A stretch of 64,000 nt of DNA from Negaprion brevirostris (GCA_030324005.1 JARDVH010000106.1:40954640-41018639); one strand, 5' to 3'; positions 51,401 through 63,384 are shown, counted from the first letter of the stretch. The notes: generated from the sequence alone by a model not told the origin. Program-made: numbers and translations.

Positions 51401-52190
51401 CACCTCAGACACTGCTCAATTAACCAAGACAGAGGTAGGAGAAATTCTGTCCGAGTGGTTTTCTGCTGAGTGTTCCTCCTGCTGCTCTCTTTGTTTATTG
51501 CCTATGCTTCATTTCTCTGTCATGTTGCAACTTCAGCAGTGCAGGAAGGGCTGCAACCATAGTCAGCAGGAGTATTGATAGAGTTTCTGACCAGAGGCTT
51601 TGAAATTCCACTGAACTTGGAAAGATCCAGCACCTCTCGCTTCTGACGTTTCCTCCAATGATATAGCATACATTATGTCCACAAACCCATCTTAAGCGCA
51701 AGAATGTCAACAAGGTGAAGGAACTGATGTTTGCATAGAGCTGATTGCCTGACCAATTAAGTTATCTACTATTGTTTCTTAAGGAGGCACACTAGCCCTT
51801 TGGTGGCTAGGCTTGAACTAATACCCCATTGCACCAATCTTAGTGGAAGTAAATGAGTTATGACAATGATACATCACACTCTACTTGCCATTTAGTGTCA
51901 GAGATTTGAAGAGGATCTCTGAAAAATATTGGAGACTTTGGCTTCCAGTGGAGAGCCAATGAGTCAGATTGTCAGTTCACTCCTAATAACTGACCTTAAA
52001 ATGCAGCTGCTCCTACTTCGCCTGACCTTCCCACTCAAGCAAGGCAAGGTCATGCGAGTGCAGCAAATTCTTGAGGCCTGGGGTCAAAAGCAGCTCAGCC
52101 AAGCAAAAAAGCTATGCCATAAAACCTTTAAAGAGGTCCAGCCACTTTTGCCAAGCCAGAGGGTGGGGTGAAGGTGTGGTTTGGTTAGTA
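48476..52190 (+). mobile_element. Decayed Harbinger-associated region with spliced Myb/SANT (NAIF1-like) gene remnant
   Basis: Left TIR-like aggaggaattctccc; exon-like 49290..49483 RFSG../LEALVQVVEMRW...AMEVNSR...CLKKFNDITCVVR; acceptor ttctcgtttgcAG (50901-02), then EKVTYHRQETQRPCSG (K.AHNRRE...TGGG-like). Right boundary uncertain. Confidence 0.6.
49606..50735 (-). mobile_element. 5'-truncated Penelope-like element (GIY-YIG endonuclease C-terminus), 15-bp TSD
   Basis: Perfect direct repeat aataaggacacatgc at 49591..49605 and 50736..50750; peptide RMNEHHLTI...SLPVGEHFCGHGHSASDLRVGVLQ...RRVAEQKLIAKFRTHEDGLNRDLGFMSH; inverted agtaagaagtctcacaaca (49640..49658) / tgttgtgagacttcttact (50717..50735). 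Confidence 0.9.
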
Positions 52191-52739
52191 CAAACGTTAT
52201 CAAAAGTTAGAACTGGTTTTATTTCCTTTCCTCTAACATTTTTCTAGATAATTGTTGCTGTATGACAGTTGGAATCACCCAAAGTTTGCAATTTAATATG
52301 CATCATTTTATGCTGCAGGGTAATTTCCCAAAGGAAGCTCAAACTTCTTGCCCCCCCCTCAAGCTCCCCACCCCCCAACAACTCCGCCTGTGCTCTCCCT
52401 CTGTCCCTAAGCCATCCTGAAACCTCCTGTTGTGACTCAGCCAGTCCACTACATACCTTCAGTGAAAGTGCATGCTTGGAACCCTCATATATCGTCCTAT
52501 GAAAATCCTAATCAGCGCTTGAGTGCTAAATCTGCAAGTGGATTTAGAGTTTCCAAGTGGCAGATTAATNNNNNNNNNNNNNNNNNNNNNNNNNNNNNNN
52601 NNNNNNNNNNGAGAAAGGTGGGGGTTATGGACCCCACACTTGTAAACCCGAGGCTTATGCATTGAGATAAACAGAAATAGAAAGTAACATTCCAAAGAGA
52701 TAGTGAAAAGAGCAATTGGGAGGTTTCATTGTGGAACAG

Positions 52740-53447
52740 TAATTAGATTGAGGGAAGATTCAATAGAGGTGTTCAAAATCATGACGGGGTTTGGACACAG
52801 TATTTAGGGAGGAACTGCTCCCATTGATGGGAGGATTAAGAACCAGAGACAGTAGGTCAAGGGTGGCATGGTAGCACAGTGGTTAGCACTGCTGCCTCAT
52901 AGCGCCAGGAACAGGGGCTTAATTCTAGCCTCGAGTCACTGTCTGTGTGCAGTTTACACATTGTCCCTGGTCTGCGTGTGTTTCCTCCGGGTGCTCCACT
53001 TTCCTCCCACAGTCCAAAGATGAGTGGATTAGATGGATTGAACATGATAAATTGCCCCTTAGTGTCAGGGGGACTGACAGGGTAAATATGTGAGGTTATG
53101 GGGATGGGGTCTGGGTGGGATTATTGTGGTGCAGACTCGATGGGCTGAATAGCCTCCTTCTGCACTGTAAGATTCCTATGATTGGCAAACGAAGCAATGG
53201 CGACATGTGGAGAAACATTTTCACACAGTGATAGTTAGAGCATGGAATGCACTGGCTAAGAACGTGTTGGAGGCAGATTCATTTGTAGATGAATTGGGTC
53301 ATTACCTGATGAGAAAAATATTTCAGAGTTCTGGGGAAAAGACCAGGAATTGGCACTTGACGAACTGCTCCTGCAGTGAGCCACCACAGGTATGACAGAC
53401 TGAATAGCCTCCTTTTTTGCTGTAATCATTTTGATTCTATTCTATGA
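52740..53447 (+). mobile_element. CR1 LINE 3' end interrupted by a V-SINE
   Basis: IEVFKIMTGFG..FREELLPL before the SINE; KHFHTVIVRAWNAL after it; tail gactgaatagcctcctt...ctattctatga. Confidence 0.82.
52861..53182 (+). mobile_element. V-SINE, CR1-type tail
   Basis: Complete head, V-domain and tail gggctgaatagcctccttctgcactgtaagattcctatga. Confidence 0.92.
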
Positions 53448-55178
53448 CACAAGTGCCTCAACACTTTCATAAACAAACACCCTAGTATGCAATATAAAAT
53501 GCATTATAACAGTCTGTGATTATAGATATTGAATATCAAATTGCATTTTAACAACATTAAGAGGCAATTCCTTTTGAGAACTAATTCCCTTAAGGATGAG
53601 GGTGCATCAGTACATAACTAGACAAGGGTGAAAATTCATTGTCTCATCCATTGAGGCTGATCAAACTACTGTTCAAGCATGGATGGAGACTCCTGACCAA
53701 TGTAATATAACAATTTTTCTACATTATTAGATAAAACTTGCACAGAAATACCAGGGAAGTTGGCTTGAAGATCTGTACAAGAGTGAAGCCTGCTGATTGA
53801 CTCTGTGCCTATGATAGGAGCATAGCTTTATTGTGATTATGCCCATATACTTAATGGTGCCGAAATGCTGTTAATACACTGCAGTGAGCACACCATTATA
53901 GGTAGTAGCTTCATTGTTTAAAAACCAGAAATACAGTTGGATCTTCTATAGGAAATCAAGTTCATCACAGAATATTGACATCGCAGTAACAAAGCCATCT
54001 CAAGTAAGAAGTCAAGATACCAAAGCTGCAAAAATTCAAATGTTTAGGTGTCTGAATACACAATCACCAAAATATGCCGCAGAATGAAAGCAATCATTTA
54101 ATCACAATTTTAAGCAGCAATTGTTAACAACCTTGCATAGCTTTTATATATAACAGTGCCTGTGTCTGCTGTAGGTCCTTTGTATTTGTGACCCAAGCAA
54201 TTATAAAGAAAGACAAACTCATCAATGCTCCATGGGAACTCATCATACACAGATCTTATTCTGCAGTCATTTGCTTGGCTTTCTATCCCCTATTGGCTAC
54301 ATGATGTCTGTTCATTTTTACTATTAGAATCTTTCCTTCACCCTTCTAATGATTGTTACATGCTATACAAGATCTTTGGTCTGGACAGCAGACAGACAAG
54401 CTGTTCAGAGGTCTCTGCCAGGGCCTCTTTGAAAACAGGTCTATGTGATAAATACAGCAAGTTAACATCCCTGCCCATCAGCTGCCTCTAAACCACAAGA
54501 GACATGTGGGACTATACACTCCAACCTTGATCACTGTAGAAATTATTGTGGCAGTGGCAGGGATTCAAATTAACAAGTCAGGAAACTAGGAACAAACGTA
54601 GGATACTGCAGGTGGCAAAATTTGCCAAAATATGTATTTTGTTTGCTGTAATGCGCAAATCTGTTTACTACGTTTATGAAATGAAACAAGAATAAAACTG
54701 ATGAATAAAAAGCAGCTGGTATGACTTCTTGATATTTAGCATTCAAAAACATTAGCCAGGTCATTGACATTCATATAAAATAGAACAGTCCAATTTACTA
54801 ATGGTTTAGACTGACAAAAAACTGCTTTTCAAACAGTTTGTGCTAAAAGCTTCAGGAGCTGTGTTTGTTACACATTGGGAATTCTGACCCATGGACATTT
54901 TCTGTTCGCTGCAGTGCTGCAATTCCCCTTAGGATTGTCTCACAGAAGTTTATTTTTGGATTGCACAAAAGTAGAGAAATTGGTTAGCTACATGTTTTCT
55001 TCTCGAGAAAATCCATGTCAGGCCATGAGATTAGATTTGATGCTGTGCTTCTGAGTAACTAGGTGATGTGCTATCTATTTCTTGCCCTCTCTCTCCCATT
55101 GCTATTGTCAATGGTTCTCAAAAGAAATATTTACTTGCACTGTCTCAAAACTTCTTTGTGCATGTTTCATTCACTTAC

Positions 55179-55842
55179 CATGGCAGGCTCCATTAACTTC
55201 CTCATAGCCAATGCTACAGACACATCTTCCCAAAGGAACCAACCAGTCCCCGTCTGCACCACAGTACAGCTTTGGTGTATCTTTCTCCTCTGCATTCTTC
55301 ACACAGGACCCACGCACTTCCACAAGGGATGAAGAATCAACTCTTGGGATAGTGTCAGGAAACATTGCCAAGTTGCGGAAAGTAAATGGGCATTTTTTAT
55401 AGTACACACGCACAGAGACAAGAGCGATGCAAGCACCAATATCCTGAAAGGCAAGGTAAAATCCCTTTTTGGTGATTGGCCCAACCTCACGGATCTCAGT
55501 GTTCAGTTTAAGTATACGATCTCCTAGATCCATCTGAGTGAAACTCTCATCGGCTGCAATTGTATCAATTTTAGTGTATTGATTTTGCTTGAATTTAACA
55601 CCATGAGACTCATTTGATTCCATGTAATATAGATTGAACGTTTCTTTGCAAGTTCCCAGAACCCAGGGAATGCTGTTGCAGTCCCTCAAGGTGAACTTTA
55701 ATTCAATGTACACCTTCTGAGCCGCCTCACGGGAAATCCAGTTAGTCCGCAGCCAGTTGTTCTGATTGGGTTCCATCACATTGCAGACCTGGTAAGTGTG
55801 GATGGGTCGGTTGCGTTCGTCCATCTCTGGGATAGCATCCCA
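55179..55842 (-). CDS. EPHA6: Internal coding exon (exon 3-type, 664 bp) of ephrin type-A receptor 6: ligand-binding domain plus start of Cys-rich/sushi region
   Basis: Uninterrupted frame [36 protein letters not shown]...[25 protein letters not shown]...[25 protein letters not shown]...[26 protein letters not shown]...[30 protein letters not shown]. As I recall, [20 protein letters not shown] and [13 protein letters not shown] are EPHA6-type. Canonical acceptor (tttttcttgttttccAG, AG at 55844-55843) and donor (G|GTAAGT, GT at 55178-55177); phase 0 start and phase 1 end, as in Eph exon 3. Confidence 0.95.
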
Positions 55843-56620
55843 CTGGAAAACAAGAAAAATCAGATGAAGAAACCGAGCAGCTCTGGATTCAGTCGAACTG
55901 TAGTCCATGATTATAAACCATAGGAAGTAAAATATTTTGCAGAAAACAGACAAGAATATTTACTGATATTATAACAGGATATTCAGTCTTTAATACTGCT
56001 CTCATAAAACTGTTTTATCCTTCAACTAAGTCCCTTAATGATTCTGTAATGAAAATTTACTGGTAACCAGATAAGATTGGCAATCAATTAATCCCAATGT
56101 ACCACCAAATAAACCCCATGTTACAGAATGCATGAATAGTGCTTTTTCATGTTTTGCTTTCTGTAATGCTTTGTACTAACATAAGAATTTTCAGTGGCAC
56201 ACCTGACTTTCAAGAAGACTGCAATCTACTCAAAAAGTAATTTTTTTTAAATATGAAGATGGTTGAATACTCTTAAAAGATATATGTTTGCTGTTCACTG
56301 AAAAAGCAGCTACACTGCTCCAATTTTGACACTAAGGTGGTGAGTCTGCTCAGAATGGAACTGGGGAGCCAATGAGAGCTAAGATGAGGAGTTGGGAAGT
56401 AGAGAGCAGTGGGAGGCCTGGGGGGTTTGGGGGCTGCACAGTAGGAGATCGTAGGGTGGAAGGAAGTGAAAAGGGAGGACAAAACAGATAAGTCGTGGTG
56501 ATAAAGCATAGAGCACGTAAAAAGAAACTTTTTAAAGATGCAGGCAGGTCCAAGAGAGCACGCGTGTAGAAGCTGAGCAGGTTTTATATCATAACCTTAG
56601 TATCGGTGTTCAAATTTAAT

Positions 56621-56746
56621 GGGGCAAATATACCGTTCCGCCCACCACCGGAATTGGGACAGGCGAGGGGCAGACCATGGAAAGGTCCGTTGAACTCGGA
56701 CAGGATTTTCCGGTTTCAGGGCAAGCAAGGTCAGAATATCCCGCCT
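56621..56746. mobile_element. Harbinger-type MITE (same family as 15005..15129)
   Basis: Ends ggggcaaatat / aatatcccgcct; body is the reverse complement of 15005..15129. Confidence 0.7.
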
Positions 56747-57265
56747 AATATATTTAAAATTAAAATTGCAAAGTAAAGCCATCTACAACAACCAGACAAT
56801 TATACAATAGTTCTGATAGATGTGTCACAAAATTTATTGTTGAAACAACAATTTATAATTTGAAAAGGTTGACAGAATGTGTGACAAAAAAGCAACAGAG
56901 AATCAACTTGAGCAGATGTAAGGTTGTTCCTTATGCACAATTAGTAATACTGGGATTTATTCAACGTAATGGATTTAATTTAAAGTAATGGACTGATTTT
57001 AATGCTCTCTGCCTCAGTGGACAATGAAAATTAGCAAGGTTACTTAACTGTGTTGCAGCCACCTAAATACAATTTTAAATTGCTAAACTGAACAACAAGG
57101 GCACCCACTCAGAACCAATGGGGTCCTTTTTTGTTAATGCATGTCAGGCATCAATAATAACAGATGTGCTTTTTCAGGCCACACAGGGAAAAAAAAATTA
57201 CACCTCTCCTGTCCAAACCCAACTCCCAATATGATCATCCCTCCAGTGCACCAAACATCCTGTGA

Positions 57266-57538
57266 GTGGCATGGTGGCACAGTGGTTAGCACTGCTNNNN
57301 NNNNNNNNNNNNNNNNNNNNNNNNNNNNNNNNNNNCACTATCTGTGTGGAATTTGCATGTTCTCCCTGTGTCTGCATAGGTTTCCACTGGCTGCTCTGGT
57401 TTCCTCACTCATTCTGAAAAATGTCTTGGTTAGCTGCATTGACCCGAACAGGTGGCAGATTGTGGCAAGTAGGGGAATTTCACAGTAATTTCATTGCAGT
57501 GCTAATGTAAGCCTTACTTCTGACTAATAAATAAACTT
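57266..57538 (+). mobile_element. V-SINE, type B tail
   Basis: Head plus gacccgaacagg...ttcacagtaatttcattgcagtgctaatgtaagcc...ctaataaataaactt. Confidence 0.85.
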
Positions 57539-58139
57539 GATTTTGACACATCCCGTCTCCATACCCCCCACCTCCATTCTCATCCACTACAGCCAACACC
57601 CCCCTCCACATCAACTCAGCAGCCCAATCCCATCACTTGGTCTTGGGGGAAAATGCGGGGTCATATCATTTTCCAACACTCATGCCTGGAATGATTCAGA
57701 AGTCAATTGGCAGGATTTAAATGAGCCCTGGATATTAAAGTGTCCTGAGACTCTTTTCTGGGGCAGCCGGTGACTATCTAACTTAAATATTCACTTAGTA
57801 TTGAAACACCCCTAGAGTTAAAAGTGGGCCATGTATTTTATAGATGTTCAACTTCCCTAGTATTAGAAGAAATATGGTCTTGTCAGAAAATTTTCTTCTT
57901 CGGCTTAAGTATGTAATTTCACAACTTGTCAGACTTCTCATTAGGGCTGTTCATAAAAATAGAAGGGCATATGATTTTACATGATCCATAGTTTAGCATT
58001 TTAAAAAATTATAAATGTAACTACCATACATTTTACGTCCTAGGTTTTAAGAATTCCAACAAAGCCACAGTTATTCATTTCAACATCTGTCACTTGAATT
58101 TTTCATTCCATTTATCTCTCTCATGTGTAATTCAGGCTG

Positions 58140-59690
58140 AATCCTGTGGTGTACAGACCCAATAGTCTGTCCAACCATGGTTTTTACTCAACATCCAGGT
58201 TGTCAGCACAGCTGCATTTATCTATCTTCAGCTTTTACTTCACTCTCATACTTCTATCTCTTCAGTCCTTATCTTCTCGGCTCCCAAAACCTTGAAACTT
58301 TAAATAACTAAGGATTGTTTTCTCCAATCAGATCCCATTTCTATTGTTCTCAAACTCCTCAATTTTGCAGCCCAGCTATCCTCTCACATCATAGAATCCT
58401 ACAGTGCAGAAGGAGGACATTCTGCCCATCGAGTCTACACTGACCACAATCCCATCCAGGTCCTCCCCTCATAACCCCATGCATTTACCCTAGCTAGTCC
58501 GCCTGACACTAAGGGGCAATTTAGCATGGCCAATCCACCTAACCTGTACATCTTTGGACTGAGGGAGGAAGCTGGAGCACGGACACAGGGAGAATGTGCT
58601 GACTTCATGCAGACAGCGATCCAAGCTGGTATTTGAACCTGGTGCTGTGAGGCAGCACTGCTAACCACTGTGCCACCATGCCACCCATCCTTGTTGAGCT
58701 CCAGTGACCCCTCGTGCACCACTCAATTCATTTCAAGAGGCCCTCCTGCTATATTTTAAATCATTCAACAGCCTTTTTTCACTCTATTTGATAATGTTGA
58801 CCAAAGCGTTCTCCCTCAGCTGATTCCATTCTTGTCTATCCAATCACAACCAGAGAATTGCTTGTGTGACTTCTCTTCCTGCACCTTTACTTCTGGTTTG
58901 TCTCCTATTTCTCAGCTAATACTGCCTGATTGTTGATGTCATACGCACTAACAATACCCAGCTCTACCTCACCATCGACTCACCCACTATTAATAAGTTA
59001 TAAGGCTGTGTATATGATATCCAGTATTGGTGAAGCAGAAATTCCTCCAATTAAATACTGGGAAGACCGACTTCCATTGTTTTGGATTCCCACGCCAAAG
59101 TTTATCCCCCATCTACCAAGTCTATCCCTTTCCCAAGTAACAGACTATGCTGTCCGTTCACAAACTTGGTGTCACATTTGACCTCATGATGAGCTTTTAG
59201 CCACACATTCATTCCATTACTAAGATCAATTTTGTCCACTTCCATTACATGTCTGATTTTGTCCTTGCCTCAGTTCATCTTCAGCTAAAACCTTCATTTC
59301 CACTCTCATTATCTGTTGTCCAAACTATTTTAACACTCTTCTGACTGGCCTCTTGCAATCAGCCTTCTGTAGACATAAGCTAGCAAAACTCTTAACCTGC
59401 ATCAAGTCCCATTCAATGATCACTTCTGTGCTCACTGACCTACATTGGAGTTGCTTGATTAGGAGCCAATTTAAAATTCTCAGTTTTCTTTCCAAATTCT
59501 TTGATTGTCTCACCCCTCCCTACCTTTGTGACCTCCTCCGACCCCATACTCTCAGAGATAACAACAGTCATCTAATTCTGGCCTCTTGCGCATTGCACTT
59601 TTAATTGCTTTCCTTCCTTGAAGACACGCATTTAAACCCACTTCTTAAACTAACCCTTTAATCGGCTGGCCTAATATTTCATTATTTGGT
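58140..59690 (+). mobile_element. Degenerate L2 LINE ORF2, interrupted by a V-SINE
   Basis: LLNHSTAF...FDNVDQ (LLDLSAAFDTVDH), LGVTFD, ITSVLTDLHW, FKILSFLSKFFDCLTPPYLCDLL. Confidence 0.72.
58388..58686 (-). mobile_element. V-SINE, CR1-type tail
   Basis: atcatagaatcctacagtgcagaaggagg tail through gctaaccactgtgccaccatgcc head. Confidence 0.92.
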
Positions 59691-59876
59691 TTGGGGTCTA
59701 TGGAGATTGTGACGATTGTCCCTTTAAGAGCAACACAGAAGAACAGTGTCATCTGGCTTGAAGGACCAATTGGGACNNNNNNNNNNNNNNNNNNNNNNNN
59801 NNNNNNNNNNNNNNNNNNNNNNNNNNNNNNNNNNNNNNNNNNNNNNNNNNNNNNNNNNNNNNNNNNNNNNNNNNNN

Positions 59877-59999
59877 ACATGTATTTACACCACTAATCCT
59901 TCTAATCTTGGGGCACTAAGGGCAATTTAGCATGGCCAATCCAGCCAACCAGCGCAACTTTCGACTGTGGGAGGAAACCAGTGCATCTGGAGGGAACCC
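59877..59999 (-). repeat. V-SINE fragment, near-identical copy of 61561..61683
   Basis: About 123 bp with one visible mismatch (cagcgcaac vs cagcacaac); starts at the edge of an N-gap. Confidence 0.85.
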
Positions 60000-60349
60000 T
60001 CTTTTTGGAGGGCATCTGGAGGGCCTCTTTTTGTGTTGTAAACTTTCTATGATTCTGGTGCATCAACAGGCCTGTCAGAAAGCCTGTTGACGTGGTCAAG
60101 GAGCATGGCAGAGGCTGGCGCCAACTTGACACAGGGCTTTGCGCAGAACTCGGAGCTCATCCTTTCTCTGGTGGAAGTGGTGCCCAGCTGCATGGGAACT
60201 CTCACAGGGCCAATTACTATGCACCATCTGATGTCTCAGCTTTAGTTACAGCACAGGCAGAATCCATTTATATGAAAGAGGGCTTTGGTCGAGCCACTAG
60301 GTGGGCTAAAAATTGATAAAGAGGACTTCAAGTTTATAAGTCATCAGAA

Positions 60350-60837
60350 TCGAGGATGTTGCCAGGATTGAGAAACCAGGGCGTTGCCAGGACTGGAAAA
60401 CTGCAGTGGTGAGGGAAGATTGGATTGACTGGGGTTATTCTCCTTGAGGAAGATTTGATTGAGATATACAAAATTGTGAGGGGCCTGGATAGAGTGGATG
60501 GAAAGAACCTATTTAGTTTAGCAGAGAGGTCAGTGACTAGAGTGTACAGATTAAAAATGATTGGTAGAAAGATTAGAGGGGAGATGAGGAAAACATTCTT
60601 CACCCAGAGAGTTTAGAGATCTGAATTCACTGTCTGAAAGGGTAGTTGAGGCAAAAACCCTCAACTCATTGAAAAGCTGTCTGGATTTGCACTTCAAGTG
60701 CTGTAACCTGCAGGGCTAAGAGCAAACCCTGGAAAGTAGCATTAAACTGCAGAGGGCTGCTTTTTTTGCAAGCCATGGACACAATGGGCTAAGTGGCCTC
60801 TTTTTGTGTTGTAAACTTTCTATGGTTCTATGATTCT
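60350..60837 (+). mobile_element. CR1 LINE 3' end
   Basis: DLIEIYKIVRGLDRVDGKNLFSLAERSVTR...GEMRKTFFTQRV; tail ctttctatggttctatgattct. Confidence 0.9.
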
Positions 60838-60844
60838 GACTAAA

Positions 60845-61075
60845 AGCTCGGCCAAAGAGGTCACTTTTAGGAGTGTCTTAAAGGAGGAAAGCAAGGTTGA
60901 GAAAGGGAGAGGCTTAGGGAGAAAATCCCAGAGCTTAAACAGTCAAGATCATAGATAACAGCAATGAATGCCGGAGATGTGTCAGGGGCCAGAATCGGAG
61001 CGGTGGCTGAAATCTCAGAGGATCGAAGGGCTGGAAGTTGTGAGGGCAGGAGCAGATTTACAGTTGTTGGGGCCC
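60845..61075 (-). mobile_element. L2 LINE 3' fragment
   Basis: ttttaggagtgtcttaaaggagg...agggagaaaatcccagagctt, the reverse complement of the L2 end (LW.FLP...FKTLLK). Confidence 0.6.
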
Positions 61076-61308
61076 TGTGCTCATCCTTATTTCGCGCCCC
61101 CCCAAAACCCCATCCCCACATCCAAATGCCAAAGGCAAGAAAGTACACACATTGATCAGTGTCCCTTCATGCTTACAAAACATGCCTCATTAAATAATTG
61201 CCTTGCTGAAATCCAACCTTATCTCTCTCGTTCCCAAAGCATGCCAACACTTTCCAGGTTATTTTTAAATATCGCATACGGATTCCACTTAGCATCAGCA
61301 TTTTAGAG

Positions 61309-61786
61309 TAGAATAGAACAGAATCCTTACAGTGCAGAAGGAGGCCATTCAGCCCATTAAATCTGCACTGACTCTCTAACAGAGTATTTTACCCAGGGTC
61401 TCTTCCCCACCCTATTCCCATAACCCCACGGCCAATTCACCTAAACTACATCTTTGGACACTAAGGGGCAATTTAGCATGGCCAATCCACCTAACCTACA
61501 TATCTTTGGACTGTGGCAAGAAAACGGAACACCCGGAAGAAATCCCTTTTCCTCGTAACCACATGTATTTACACCACTAATCCTTCTAATCTTGGGGCAC
61601 TAAGGGCAATTTAGCATGGCCAATCCAGCCAACCAGCACAACTTTCGACTGTGGGAGGAAACCAGTGCATCTGGAGGGAACCCATATAGACACAGGGAGA
61701 AAATGCAGACTCCACATAGTTACCCTACGCTGGAATTGAACCTGAGTCCCTGGCATTGTGATGACACCACTGCACCACCATGCCAC
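61309..61786 (-). mobile_element. Composite of two V-SINE copies in tandem
   Basis: Tail and V-domain (61309..61545) joined to a second body plus head (~61550..61786); gggcaatttagcatggccaatcca occurs twice. Confidence 0.85.
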
Positions 61787-62297
61787 TCTATCTGTTAACA
61801 TTTTGTCCTTTAAAAAATGTTCCAATTACTGGACACGAGGCAAAATTCCCAGGGGGCAAACACATATGTGATGTTGGAGCAGTGCAGCGAGTATCTTGAG
61901 AGTGTGCATGGCCATGCTGGAAGGAGTGCCCAGGAATAGAACCTGCAGCGCGCTCCAGTGTTTTGCTGTCATGTTCAACTGCACAGAACTGAGTCTCATG
62001 TACCAAGCTCACTCAGCCTCTCGTCCAATCAGGACACAAACAACCAAAAGGGGATGGAGCTGCCGCAGCAGCTCCTGAAGGACCAACACCTCCAAATAAG
62101 AAGGTTGTTGTCATTAGTCCCACCAAATTCAAACAGGCAAAGCAGTAGTAATAAATAAAAGTGCAAGTTGATCCGAATTGCTGGGGCTTCATAGTGAAGT
62201 TGCCAAGTTTACTGACTCATCCACAGTCTAAGCTGGACATCTCCTTAAAATGCATCATTTGTGCCCTCATATCTTTCCCTCCTTTCTCCCTTCTTAT

Positions 62298-62606
62298 GGG
62301 CGGCACGGTGGCACAATGGTTAGCACTGCTGTCTCACAGCGCCAGGAACCCATGTTGGATTCCTGGCTTGGGTCACTGTCTGTGCAGAATCTACACGTTC
62401 TCCTCGTCTTTGCATGGGTTTCCTCTGGGTCCTCTGGTTTCTTCCTATAGTCCAAAAGACGTGCTGGTTAGGCACATTGGCTATATTAAATTCTCCCTCA
62501 GTGTACCCGAATAGGCGCCGGAGTGTGGCGATTAGGGGATTTTCACAGTAACTTCATTGCGGTGTTAATGTAAGGCTACTTGTAACACTAATACATAAAC
62601 TTTAAA
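62298..62606 (+). mobile_element. V-SINE, type B tail
   Basis: gggcggcacggtggcacaatggttagcactgc head; tail tgtacccgaataggcgccggagtgtggcgattagggg...ataaactttaaa. Confidence 0.92.
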
Positions 62607-63384
62607 AATTCTTATAACCTATATCATTCAATACCTTCAGCCACCTCCTCTGGAATATCATTGCTTCCCCATGATGTCCTCCATAACATTCTGAAGGGAA
62701 GCTACTTTATAATGTTCTCTCACTAATTCAGTGCAAACCAACCAACATTTCTCAATGTGTTACTTTGACAGATAGCACACTGTCATGTGTTGTAGCTTTT
62801 CTTTCCTATTTCCACATTTATAAGGTTAAAATGTTAAATCTGAGCTCGGCCATCAGCCAGTAATGGGAGTGAGGAGGTGGGTAAGTGGCATCAGCACTAG
62901 CACAGAGAAATCCTGAAAGCTTGGTTTGAGAGACATATATTTGTGTTATAGGCAAATGTTCCTCGTGAGGCATTTGGACTGAGATATTCTAAGTTTTGGA
63001 AGGTGGGGGAGAGCAGGGGGCTGGTAAAAGGGAGAAATGGCCTGTATTCTACATTGATTCTCACTGCAACATTTAAAATCTTGACACTTTCAAACTATGT
63101 TAATTTACAGAGAGCAATTAATAATCAAACTCAAATTTTTGGCTCAATTCTGCTAGTCATTCAAGCAATCTTATATTTTTACTGTAGTTTACAAAAATGG
63201 CTGCTGGTTTCTTATAGAGGAAACCTTTATTTTAGTTAATAGATGACCAATTTCCTTGAGGATCAGAATATCCTACCATTATTTTGTTATTCTTTAAATT
63301 TCTTTGGAAGTTAGTCTATTTTTGTTCTGGAACTAAACCAGAAATTGTGCTCCAACCGCTGATGCACAAGAAACAATTGTGCCT

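Larger units (their letters stand above)
1..55178 (-). other. Intron downstream of the EPHA6 exon (continues beyond window start)
   Basis: Begins with GTAAGT donor. No exon-4-like peptide (AC..GFYK...C..CPPHS) recognised on the minus strand; an exon hidden in an N-gap cannot be excluded. Confidence 0.75.

Noticed and set aside
55843-55953. N-terminal extension of the 260-aa ORF ([12 protein letters not shown]...LIFLVFQ) resembling a signal peptide
   Set aside because: Lies upstream of a canonical splice acceptor; the hydrophobic residues come from the polypyrimidine tract, and Eph homology starts at W (55842).
62298-62375. tRNA-like sequence with A and B boxes
   Set aside because: It is the head of a SINE that continues into V-domain and tail; not a tRNA gene.
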